Shown here in pieces: positions 27,781 through 36,562 of a stretch of DNA of 64,000 nt; position 1 is the stretch's first letter, and each line of letters starts with the position of its first letter. The DNA lies in the NCBI GenBank assembly GCA_036265815.1, contig DATAOI010000064.1, positions 91,831-155,830 of the forward strand. Reading direction: 5' to 3'. This DNA comes from Gemmatimonadales bacterium (GTDB lineage Bacteria; Gemmatimonadota; Gemmatimonadetes; Gemmatimonadales; GWC2-71-9). The translations under genes and the position numbers were made by a program. A model generated the notes under the pieces. It made no database searches and had not been told where the DNA came from. It saw nothing but the letters and a program-made list of their open reading frames with translations.

Positions 27781-28797
27781 ATGTCAGGCCCCATCCCATC
27801 TCACCGTGCGCGAGCGGGCCTGGCCATAGGCGCCGCCCTGGTGTTTGGCGCGCTGACCGCCCTGACCTTCCGGCTCGTTCCTGACCGCAGCAACGACATT
27901 GAGATCCTGTGGTTTGCCTGTGCGGATCTTCGCCGCGGGCTCGATCCCTATCCGTTGGCGCATACCCATTCCATTTGGCCGTTGTATTATCCGCTCCCGG
28001 CGGTGCTGCTCGCGTTCCCGTTCAGTTGGCTTTCGTTCCCGGTGGCGAGCACGCTCTGGGTGGGGCTGATCGCGGGGATCTTCACTTATGCGATGGCCGG
28101 CCGGGGCTGGTGGGCGCTTCTTGCGCTCGGCAGCGGCGCAGTAATCCATGCGCTGGCAAACGGCCAGCTCACCCCCCTGCTGGTCGCGGCGACATTGATC
28201 CCCGCACTCGGCGGACTCCTGATCACAAAGCCGAACTCCGGACTAGCCCTATTCGCCGCGTACCCGTCGCGCGGGGCTGTCCTCGGCGGCGGCGTGATAC
28301 TCCTGGTGAGTCTTATCTTGCTGCCACAGTGGCCGCGCGAGTGGCTTCAAGTCATCCGCGATTCGCCACACATCGCCTCGCCCATCATGCGACCCTACGG
28401 CTGGATTCTCTTGTTGGCAGTGGTTCGGTGGCGAGACCCGCGCGCGAGGCTCTTGCTCGCCCTGTCCCTGATTCCGCAGAATCTCCTGCCCCACGAAACC
28501 GTGGCGCTCGCGCTCATCCCACAGAATGGGCGCCAGACGGCAATCTACGTCGTGGGAACGTGGGTGGCGGTATTTCAGGTGCTCGCCTTTCCGGCGCTCC
28601 TCAAGACGAACGATCTCGCTGCGATGATCGGTACCATCTGGCCGGCCATGCTACTCGCCGTGTATATCCCCATGCTTTGGCTCGTGCTCCGCGGCCACCA
28701 GGGTAACGCCGACGATCTGTCGGGCATCGGCGTGTTCCGAGCGGCGAGAAAACCAGACTCGAAGGAAGCGACCGGTATCGGAGAGCACCCGGATTGA
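27781..28797 (+). CDS. DUF2029-like polytopic membrane protein, paralogue 3
   Basis: I chose the ATG at 27781. It shares LDPYPL..WPLYYPLPAVLLAFPF, TKPNSGLALFAAYPSR and PHETVALALIP with the other paralogues. Confidence 0.65.
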   Translation: MSGPIPSHRARAGLAIGAALVFGALTALTFRLVPDRSNDIEILWFACADLRRGLDPYPLAHTHSIWPLYYPLPAVLLAFPFSWLSFPVASTLWVGLIAGIFTYAMAGRGWWALLALGSGAVIHALANGQLTPLLVAATLIPALGGLLITKPNSGLALFAAYPSRGAVLGGGVILLVSLILLPQWPREWLQVIRDSPHIASPIMRPYGWILLLAVVRWRDPRARLLLALSLIPQNLLPHETVALALIPQNGRQTAIYVVGTWVAVFQVLAFPALLKTNDLAAMIGTIWPAMLLAVYIPMLWLVLRGHQGNADDLSGIGVFRAARKPDSKEATGIGEHPD

Positions 28798-28805
28798 GGT
28801 GCGCA

Positions 28806-31040
28806 TCAAAAGGGTCTCGCTATGGTCAGGACCTGCAGGACATTGGAGAAGTCGTCGGTCCAGGTGTCCACCCCAGGAAGTTGCCTGAGCGGCCTCCACC
28901 TGTGGTCGCTGGAAAGTCCGCCCAACGAGCCCAGGTCGGGCGCGACAACCGCCCAGACGGAGGAGTCTTCACCAGTGGGCCCGTCGACTCGCTTGTGAGT
29001 CGTATTCACCCGGATTCGGGCCGCAGCACCAATGTTTCGGGCCAGTCGAGCCACCACCGGCTCGAGATTCAAGTACCTGTTGCTCAAGTGAAACGCCACT
29101 ACTCCGCCAGGCGCCAGCTTTCGGAAATACAATGTCAGGGCTTCCCTGGTGAGCAGATGCACTGGAATCGCATCGGAGGAAAAGGCGTCAAGCACGATCA
29201 GGCTGAAGGCACCATCCCTTGCTCGCGTCAAGGATAGGCGTCCGTCTCCCAGGACAACCTGCATTCGGGCGGGGCTGTCGGCGAGGTAGGTGAAGTACTC
29301 GGGGTCTCGGGCGATGCGTTCCACGGCCGGATCGATCTCATAGATCGTCCACCGTTCGCCGCTGAGGCCGTACGCGGCCGTGGCTCCGGTTCCCAAGCCC
29401 ACGACCGCTATGGACCGCCCGGGAGTTGCCGCGATCTCGCGGAACACATCTCCCAACGGTCCCGTGCGAGTGTAATAGCTCAGCGGCTCACGGCGACGCC
29501 CCGACGCAAGGGACTGAGCCCCGTGCTTGGTCGTGCCGTTGAGCAAGAGATGGGTCGAATCGGCATCGTTGTTCCTGATTTGATGGATCCCGTAAAAGTC
29601 CCGCTCATTCAAGATCAAATCATTCTGAGTGGCGTCGGCGATTACCCAGGCAGCGACGATGGCCCCCAGGCTGCCCGCAAGGGCGAGAGGTTCATTCCGC
29701 GCTCGATAGCACACCACCGCCGCGAAACATGAAGCCGTGATCTCTGCGACCCACACCAGCACAGGGGCGCGCGCGCCCGATTCGTCGTACCTGATCAACA
29801 CATGTCGCGCGGCCACGAGAATCAGTGCCGCCATCAGGGCGACTAGCAGGTTCCTCACGAGTTTGGTCGAAGGCCGTTCGGCACTGGGCCTGAGCAAACA
29901 CGCGAGCACCAGAAGCAACGGGTATTCCAACACCGAGGTGAAGAGGTTCGGAGCTATGAGGACGTTGAACGCCCCACCGAGCGCGCCCCCCAAGGCCAGC
30001 CAGAGGTAGTACTCGGTCAATCGCGCGGGGCGAGGGCGGCGCGCGGCTAACTCTCCATGGCAGACCATCGCGGTGAGGAAGAATGCCGTGAGATGGAAAG
30101 GCAGAAATGCAGGTGTCGCCACATACGGCCCCCAGAACATGAGGACCACCACCGGCACGACGAACAGTGGCTGGGCCCGGACCATTCGTTCTCGCCGGAA
30201 CAGCGGAGTACGGGCGAAAGCGATCACAAAGGTCAGGAGATACACGGCGAAGGGCACGACCCAGAGCAAGGGAATCGCCGCGATGTCCATGGTCACATAG
30301 GTCGTGAGTCCAAGCAGCAAGCTGGAGGGGACGAAGGCGAGCGCCACCCACATCACGCGCTCCAACCAGGCCGACCGTGTAGTCCCAGCCGGCCCGTCGC
30401 GACTAGCAACTGACTCGGCTCCAACCGAGATCGCGAGCTGTTCCGAAGGGGAGGCCCAGAGCAGGTAGGCACAACCGGCTATGAGTGCGATGAAGAGCGC
30501 GTAGCCGAGAGTCCACACCCGCGCTTGGGCGGTTAAAGGGAGCGCGGCCTCGATGATCGCGGGGTAGGCCAGCAGGCCAAGCAGGCTACCTGCGTTACTG
30601 GCTGAGTACAAGAAATAGGGATCCGGATTCCGCGCGCGATCGGCGGCGCCGAACCACTGCTGCACCAGCGGCCCCGTACTCGAGAGCAGCAGAAAGGGGA
30701 ACCCGAGCGAGACCATCAGAACCTGGATCAGCCACACGACCGGACTGCCCGAGGTCGGAGGGGCTCCCACGCGGTGCAACGTGATCGGCAAGGCCAAGAT
30801 CGACAGCAGGACGGCCGCCAGGTGGAAGGCGGCATGCCGCCGCGCTCCGAGCAGGCGGGGGCCGAGATGAGCGTACAGGTATCCGAGGAGGAGCATGCTC
30901 TGAAAAAAGAGCACGCAGGTGTTCCACACTGCAGGGCTCCCGCCCAACAGCGGGAGCACCATCTTGGCGAACATCGGTTCGACCACGAAAAGCAGGAACG
31001 CTCCCACGAAGAGGGTCCCCCCGTATATCAGCTCCAGCAC
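28806..31040 (-). CDS. fused polytopic membrane / spermidine-synthase-like (class I MTase fold) protein
   Basis: The N-terminus MLELIYGGTLFVGAFLLFVVEPMFAKMVLPLLGGSPAVWNT is followed by about 12 TM helices. The C-terminal domain has VVGLGTGATAAYG, IYEIDPAV and LIVLDAFSSDAIPVHL, typical of the 'fused MFS/spermidine synthase' family. Confidence 0.8.
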   Translation of the reverse strand: MLELIYGGTLFVGAFLLFVVEPMFAKMVLPLLGGSPAVWNTCVLFFQSMLLLGYLYAHLGPRLLGARRHAAFHLAAVLLSILALPITLHRVGAPPTSGSPVVWLIQVLMVSLGFPFLLLSSTGPLVQQWFGAADRARNPDPYFLYSASNAGSLLGLLAYPAIIEAALPLTAQARVWTLGYALFIALIAGCAYLLWASPSEQLAISVGAESVASRDGPAGTTRSAWLERVMWVALAFVPSSLLLGLTTYVTMDIAAIPLLWVVPFAVYLLTFVIAFARTPLFRRERMVRAQPLFVVPVVVLMFWGPYVATPAFLPFHLTAFFLTAMVCHGELAARRPRPARLTEYYLWLALGGALGGAFNVLIAPNLFTSVLEYPLLLVLACLLRPSAERPSTKLVRNLLVALMAALILVAARHVLIRYDESGARAPVLVWVAEITASCFAAVVCYRARNEPLALAGSLGAIVAAWVIADATQNDLILNERDFYGIHQIRNNDADSTHLLLNGTTKHGAQSLASGRRREPLSYYTRTGPLGDVFREIAATPGRSIAVVGLGTGATAAYGLSGERWTIYEIDPAVERIARDPEYFTYLADSPARMQVVLGDGRLSLTRARDGAFSLIVLDAFSSDAIPVHLLTREALTLYFRKLAPGGVVAFHLSNRYLNLEPVVARLARNIGAAARIRVNTTHKRVDGPTGEDSSVWAVVAPDLGSLGGLSSDHRWRPLRQLPGVDTWTDDFSNVLQVLTIARPF

Positions 31041-31052
31041 GGTCTCATCCGA

Positions 31053-32660
31053 TCATTGCCGGCACGCTCCTGCATCCGACCGCTGGTAGACTTCGTGAAC
31101 CCCGATGAGCTCGACATAGCGATAGCAGGTCAGCATCTGTGCAATCTCTGGATCCATCGCAAAGTACGACCGAAGATCGAGCCGCTCGAAGCCGTTCGCG
31201 CCGCTGTCCCGGGAAGGGCTGAGGATGAGCAACATCTCGGGCGGGTGACTCCGCATGTCGGTCACCATCGCCGAATCGAGCAGGCGCTCCGCGGCCGATC
31301 GCTCTGAGAGTGGCCGAAATCTCGCGGGGCCAGGCTTTGGCATCGCGTCCCAGTAGGACGCCGGCACGAGCCACATGCTCGGAAAACGAGAACCCCACCT
31401 GGCCCCGGACAAGGTCACCAGGGGAAATGCGGATCGGATGTTGAACGACCAGATCATGAGCGTTCCGCCTGGCGCCCGTTGCCGCACCAGCGCCAGCAGC
31501 TCATGGAAGCCAGGATACCTGGTCACGTCCTCGGCGAATGGATGAAGCGCCACCGACACCGATCTCACTACAGTTGTGATGCAGAGAAAGGCGAGTGCGG
31601 CGGCCGCGGTGAGGCCGTATACCCCCGAGGCAAACCGGGCTCTTGCAGCTCTGGCACGGATTACCATGATGCCCAACAGAACAACCGAGACCGCCGAACT
31701 GGGATAGAAGTGATACCACCATCCCTTCTGCTGGAGCGCTGCGGCGAGGAGCAGAGAAGCTAAAGCCAACGCGAGGGCCTGAACCAACACCGGGTTGGCT
31801 GCCCGACGGGAGACAGTGGCGTATACGAGCAGCGTGAGCAACGGGATGGTGGAGCCCTCACCGACAACGAGCGTACTCACGACCGGCAGACTCATGTACT
31901 TCCTGTACGCCTCGCCCAGCACTCGGACGACCGTGAAATACTCCGGCGTGAGAAAACAGACCGCAAGGCCATAGGCCAGGACGACGAGTGCCGTGGCGAG
32001 AAGTTCGCTCCTGGCTAGGCGCGTCGCCGGCGCTTTGCGGCGGAGCCAAACCTCCAATACCACCCACAGGATCAGGAAGTAAGGTTTGAGCGAGAAGCCG
32101 ATGCCGGCCAGCAGGCCGATGAGCCACCCACTGCGTACCGGTTCGGGAGAGCTCGCCTGAGCTACGACGCACAAGATGTACGGCAGCGCAAGAGCAAACA
32201 TGAGATGCTCGCGTTGCCCGAACGCCTCACCCGGAAGCGCCAAGAGTGCGAAGACCAGCATGGCGTTGATCGATGCCCGGGAGAGCTCCCCTGAATCCTG
32301 GCAGATTCGCCGCAGACTGTCCTGGGACACTGCCAACACACTGATCAGGACCAACGTCACCGAGAAACGGTAGACCGCTAGGGGGGACAAGTGCAGTGCT
32401 CCTGCCATCAGCGCCGGTGGGATGTTGAGCCAGAAGATGAGTGGGGGATTGAGGTCGATCAGATCCCGGTACAGGCGGCTTCCTTGCAGAACCCGCTGTG
32501 CCCCGAACATGTAGAACGCGACGTCCGGACTGGGGGGGGCGACGGCTTCTGCCACGAGAGCCAATCCTCCCACGCCTACGGCGGTGGCGATCAAGGCACG
32601 GGTCCAGCGCTGAGATACTGCGGGCGACTGAGGTGGTTGGGTCAGGAGAGAAATGCCCAC
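31053..32660 (-). CDS. large polytopic membrane protein, putative GT-C-type glycosyltransferase
   Basis: 535 aa with more than 10 TM helices. The first periplasmic-loop pattern is YMFGAQRVLQGSRLYRDLIDLNPPLIF. It sits immediately downstream of two GT2 genes. The function is inferred. Confidence 0.55.
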   Translation of the reverse strand: MGISLLTQPPQSPAVSQRWTRALIATAVGVGGLALVAEAVAPPSPDVAFYMFGAQRVLQGSRLYRDLIDLNPPLIFWLNIPPALMAGALHLSPLAVYRFSVTLVLISVLAVSQDSLRRICQDSGELSRASINAMLVFALLALPGEAFGQREHLMFALALPYILCVVAQASSPEPVRSGWLIGLLAGIGFSLKPYFLILWVVLEVWLRRKAPATRLARSELLATALVVLAYGLAVCFLTPEYFTVVRVLGEAYRKYMSLPVVSTLVVGEGSTIPLLTLLVYATVSRRAANPVLVQALALALASLLLAAALQQKGWWYHFYPSSAVSVVLLGIMVIRARAARARFASGVYGLTAAAALAFLCITTVVRSVSVALHPFAEDVTRYPGFHELLALVRQRAPGGTLMIWSFNIRSAFPLVTLSGARWGSRFPSMWLVPASYWDAMPKPGPARFRPLSERSAAERLLDSAMVTDMRSHPPEMLLILSPSRDSGANGFERLDLRSYFAMDPEIAQMLTCYRYVELIGVHEVYQRSDAGACRQ

Positions 32661-32663
32661 CGG

Positions 32664-33656
32664 TCAACCAATCGGGGCGGTGTACAGTGCCTCTCGCGAT
32701 TCGACGAACAACTCGAACTCACGCACCGGCAGTGTCGCGGAGAAGCTCCGAGACGAGAGAATATAAAAGACGAAGACGGCCGCCAGGGTGAGAGATTGCA
32801 GAGTAATCACAACAGCGAACGCCAACGCTGTTGTCGCCCAGCCGGGGACGGCCAGTGCGGTACCGAATCGGATGACCAGGATGAGCACGGCGCCAACGAT
32901 CGACACAGCGCACAACGCAAGACAGGCGAGCAACGCGCGGGTTCCAATCTCCTCGCTGAACACGGAGAAGGCCCGAAGCCCATGCGTGGTGAGCGTCACC
33001 AGGTTCATCTGCGAGCTTCCCGCTATTCGCCCCCCCCTCACACACGGCACGGTCGTATGGGGTAGTCGTGCCTTGACCACCGCCGCAGCATAGTGATTCC
33101 ACAGATCAGAGACGAGAACGAGGGAGCGAACCAGGTGTGTGGGGATGAGACTGAAATTGCCGAACCGGACTGGAATGCCCGTGAGCATGCGGTGAGACCA
33201 GCGGAATAGCCAGTACATGGATCTGAACCACCAGCCTTCGGTTCGCTTGGTGCGGGCAGCGAAGACGACCGCGCCGTAATCGGTCTGCCGCATCGCGGAA
33301 TGGAGCTGTCGAATGTCCTCGGGGCGGTCCTCTCCATCGGAGTCCAGCACCAGAGAGGCCTGGTATCCTTCGAGCGTGCTGACCAGCCCCAAGCCAACCG
33401 CGATCGCCCTCTGGTGCCCGAGGTTGCGCCTCAGACGCACGACCCACACACTTCGAATCGCTTCATAGGACGAATCCTGCAGATCTCGCGGGCGCGGCAG
33501 CGGCGAAGCGTCGTCGATCAGATAGACGTCCGCCGTGGCCCGGATCTCACGCAGAGCTTGGTCGAGGCGCCCGAGGAGCACCGGCAAGCAAGCCCAGTCA
33601 TCATAGACCGGTGAAATGATCGCCAGCCTCGGCCGGGCGACGTCGGGGCTGCTCAG
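32664..33656 (-). CDS. GT2 glycosyltransferase with C-terminal TM helices (GtrB/ArnC/DPM1-like polyprenyl-phosphate sugar synthase); non-canonical start
   Basis: It has DxD (LVLDSDGED), YLIDDASP and two C-terminal TM helices. The conserved first strand RLAIISPVYDDW is encoded at 33594-33629, upstream of the first canonical start (TTG 33587). The open frame begins after TGA 33684-33686. The proposed start is CTG 33656, which overlaps the upstream stop. Confidence 0.6.
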   Translation of the reverse strand: MSSPDVARPRLAIISPVYDDWACLPVLLGRLDQALREIRATADVYLIDDASPLPRPRDLQDSSYEAIRSVWVVRLRRNLGHQRAIAVGLGLVSTLEGYQASLVLDSDGEDRPEDIRQLHSAMRQTDYGAVVFAARTKRTEGWWFRSMYWLFRWSHRMLTGIPVRFGNFSLIPTHLVRSLVLVSDLWNHYAAAVVKARLPHTTVPCVRGGRIAGSSQMNLVTLTTHGLRAFSVFSEEIGTRALLACLALCAVSIVGAVLILVIRFGTALAVPGWATTALAFAVVITLQSLTLAAVFVFYILSSRSFSATLPVREFELFVESREALYTAPIG

Positions 33657-34441
33657 GGAGTCTCCAGCACCGACTCGGCCGCGTCATCATATGGGGTGAT
33701 GCGCGGCCGATCGTATTCCCCTTTGAGACAGTTGGTTCGGATCGCGACGAGATCGGCCGCCATCCGGATCGAGTCCCGCACCACCCGAATCTTGGAGCCG
33801 GGCTGGTGCACCCAGTTGATGGGCACCTCGGCGACCCGGTAGCCTCGCCGCTGAGCCATCAAAAGCAGCTCGACATCGAAGCTGAAGCCCTCCATTCGCA
33901 TGCGGGAAAAGAGGTCGTGTGCGATAGACCCTCGAAAGAGCTTGAAACCGCACTGAGTGTCGCGGATGCCTTTCACGGTGAGCAGCTCGACTAGGCCATG
34001 AAATGTGCGGCCCATGACGTGGCGGTACCAGCGGCGCTGGACTCGCACGTCGGCCCCGGGGACGCTGGCCCGCGACCCCACGGCCACATCGCTGCCTTCC
34101 TCCAACGCGCGCTCGAGACGTTCGATCTCGGCAATGGGCGTGGCGCCGTCAGCATCCGCGACCAGCACGCAGGCGCCCCGGGCGTTGACGACGCCGGTCC
34201 GCACCGCGTAGCCCTTGCCGTGATTCTGAGCCAGACGGATCAGACGCAGCTCGGCATACCTGCGCGACAGCGAGTGGACGACCGCGCTGGTACCGTCCCG
34301 GCTGCCATCGTCGACCACGATCATCTCCGCCGATGTTTCCCGGCAGCGGAAGTACTCCACCATCTCCAGGAGCGTGCGACGGAGGCGCAACTCCTCCTCA
34401 TAGGCGGGGATGATGACGGAGACCGCGGCGGAATCTCTCAT
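33653..34441 (-). CDS. GT2 glycosyltransferase (dolichyl/polyprenyl-phosphate beta-glycosyltransferase-like)
   Basis: It has VSVIIPAYEEE, IVVDDGSRDGT and the DxD motif VADADGATP. I chose the ATG at 34441; the track ORF starts at 34465. Confidence 0.85.
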   Translation of the reverse strand: MRDSAAVSVIIPAYEEELRLRRTLLEMVEYFRCRETSAEMIVVDDGSRDGTSAVVHSLSRRYAELRLIRLAQNHGKGYAVRTGVVNARGACVLVADADGATPIAEIERLERALEEGSDVAVGSRASVPGADVRVQRRWYRHVMGRTFHGLVELLTVKGIRDTQCGFKLFRGSIAHDLFSRMRMEGFSFDVELLLMAQRRGYRVAEVPINWVHQPGSKIRVVRDSIRMAADLVAIRTNCLKGEYDRPRITPYDDAAESVLETP

Positions 34442-34553
34442 TGAAGCCACCAGGCAAGTGCACATCTCGTGCCCGGAGGGTAGCCACCCGGGGCCAGACG
34501 GCAGCAGCTGGGTCGATAGTCGTCAGGGACTGGGAGAAAAGGTACCACGATGC

Positions 34554-35801
34554 CTACCTCACCGCCGGCAATGCACCGAGGCGCGGCACCTCCCCATCAC
34601 GGGAGCGTTCGTGGACTGCCGCCGATTGGCAAGTCGACCTGAACTCCGGCGGTGCCAGCAACGCGCACGATGTGACCTCTCCCCCGTCAGCGGCAACGAT
34701 CCCGACTCGCTCCCCGAGTTTCTGGTAGCACGGAAGCTTCGCAGTTTCGGGCACGGACCGGCAAAGCTGGGAGGCAGCCTCGAAGGTCCCCTCCTCGTCA
34801 ATGAGGTTCTCGGCTGCCCCGGCCAAGCATGCGCCCTGAAGTGCCTCACGGCCCATGCCGCAACGCTGAATGATCTGCTCCTCCGTGTCGGGGGTGCGAG
34901 CGACATGGCCGGCTATCCACTTGCCCAGGCCCCAGTAGCAGACTGACCGGTAGGAGTCCGGAGCACGATCGCATCCCTCAAAAGCACGCGAGTAATCCTG
35001 GCCAGCATCCAGCAGCAGAAGACGGCCTTCGTAATGCCAGCATGCATGCCGGTACTGCGAAGCTTCATCCTGACAGACGAACGATGCGGTACCGCCTCCC
35101 TTTGCTTGGGCGGATCCATGCGCGGCGGACTGATCAGTATGATGCTGGTGTTCGGCCGGTGCGCCCCGAAGTGCCATCCGCTCATTGGCACGCTGCATGA
35201 AAACTCCGTCTCTACACTCCTCTTGAGCCGCTGGATTAGTGAGCCCGTCGCAGAAGCCGAGCGCCTGTTCCCCGACCCGGAACCAAAGGCCGTGGCCGAG
35301 TCCGTGAGCGCACTCCCGTCGCGCGACGCGGCGGAAGCTCCCGCCAGAAATACTATCGCAGAGCGCGGCGATCTGCTTTACGCTGAGGTGGGGAAGGTGC
35401 AAGACATAGGATTCGATCACTCCATGGAAGCATCCCGACTCGAAGCCCGGAGTGCATGCCGCAAATACTCGTGGATCCCACTGGCGCTGAACGGCATATC
35501 GTCCAACCGCATGGGCGTACATGTGTCTCGAGGCATGTACCGCGGTGTCTCGCCTCGCGAGCTGACCCAAGTGAGCGAGGGCGAGCGCGGGTCCACCCTC
35601 CTGGACATCCAGATACAGCGCTGCAGTGACCAGATCGGCCCGTGAGACATTCTCCCAGGCGATGCTTGCATGATGATCGGCGCGCGACACGCCAGGGCTG
35701 AGCGCGGAACCCACCAGGTACGCCAACACCCCTGTTCCGAGAACGACGTTCGCGGCGCGGACTAGCCAAGCACGATCACCCACTAGCCAGCTCACCCTCA
35801 C
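34554..35801 (-). CDS. hypothetical membrane-anchored Cys-rich repeat protein
   Basis: GTG 35801 overlaps the Yip1 stop (GTGA). It has an N-terminal TM helix (AWLVRAANVVLGTGVLAYLVGSAL). About 8 repeats of C-x(8-15)-C follow, and the second Cys is usually followed by x-x-G (CFHGV, CAHGLGHG, CRDGV, CWHYEG, CYWGLG, CLAGA, CYQKLG). The upstream part of track ORF 34554..36497 is out-of-frame shadow of the Yip1 gene. Confidence 0.6.
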   Translation of the reverse strand: MRVSWLVGDRAWLVRAANVVLGTGVLAYLVGSALSPGVSRADHHASIAWENVSRADLVTAALYLDVQEGGPALALAHLGQLARRDTAVHASRHMYAHAVGRYAVQRQWDPRVFAACTPGFESGCFHGVIESYVLHLPHLSVKQIAALCDSISGGSFRRVARRECAHGLGHGLWFRVGEQALGFCDGLTNPAAQEECRDGVFMQRANERMALRGAPAEHQHHTDQSAAHGSAQAKGGGTASFVCQDEASQYRHACWHYEGRLLLLDAGQDYSRAFEGCDRAPDSYRSVCYWGLGKWIAGHVARTPDTEEQIIQRCGMGREALQGACLAGAAENLIDEEGTFEAASQLCRSVPETAKLPCYQKLGERVGIVAADGGEVTSCALLAPPEFRSTCQSAAVHERSRDGEVPRLGALPAVR

Positions 35802-36394
35802 CGTCCCATCATCCCCCCCATCGGCATCCCCACGAACCGCCCCGCCACAGCCCCGATGATCATGAACAGCACGATGCCCGCGAGAATCACCACGACCGTG
35901 TACCCCATCGCCTTCTCCTTCGGCGCCTTCATCAGCACCGGCAGCCCCAGGTACAGCAGATAGATGCTGTAGAGCCCCAGGATCCCCAGCACGCTGAGCG
36001 CAGGCAGCACCGCGAAGATTCCCGCCACCCAGCTTGCCGTGCTGGAGTACGCTGCCACCTTGAGCGCCTGCATCTGGCTCTTGGTCCCGTCGAACGTCGG
36101 CGCCAGCGCGTCGATGATGAGTGCCAGAACATACACCGCGATGAGCGTGAGGACGTAGCGCACCACCGCCCCGGCCAGGGCAGTCCCGATCGGCACCCGC
36201 CACACGGTGCCGGTGAACGGCACCCGGAACCCGAACACCGAGAATCCGATCACCCCCGCGATCGGCCCGATCGCCGCCAGCGGGGCGATGTACCCGGCGT
36301 AGAGCTGACCCGGTGTAGTGGCCTCGCCGTCGATCACCTGCCACTCCGTTGCGGGCGTCAGCAGGATCGCCTTGACGCGGTCGATCAGGGCCAT
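35798..36394 (-). CDS. Yip1 domain family membrane protein
   Basis: 198 aa from the ATG at 36394, with GGAG upstream. It has five TM helices and an N-terminus (MALIDRVKAILLTPATEWQVI) typical of bacterial Yip1/DUF1282 proteins. The rest of track ORF 35798..37978 is antisense to the M28 gene. Confidence 0.8.
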   Translation of the reverse strand: MALIDRVKAILLTPATEWQVIDGEATTPGQLYAGYIAPLAAIGPIAGVIGFSVFGFRVPFTGTVWRVPIGTALAGAVVRYVLTLIAVYVLALIIDALAPTFDGTKSQMQALKVAAYSSTASWVAGIFAVLPALSVLGILGLYSIYLLYLGLPVLMKAPKEKAMGYTVVVILAGIVLFMIIGAVAGRFVGMPMGGMMGR

Positions 36395-36562
36395 TGGAGG
36401 CTCCTTGCGTTGGTGAACACTGACAGGTGGGAGCAGGTATAGTGCGGCGGCGGAGCCGCGTCGTAAAGAGGCGCCCACGTCCCTCCAGGAAACCCACCGG
36501 TTGAGCCCGGCGTAGGTTGGAGAGATCTTTCCCAGCTGCTGACCCCCGACTCGGAGACCCTG

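Noticed and set aside
35802-36497. N-terminal part of the 647-aa ORF 34554..36497
   Set aside because: It overlaps the Yip1 gene out of frame and is Gly/Arg/Ala-rich. The coding-like part begins at the GTG that overlaps the Yip1 stop.
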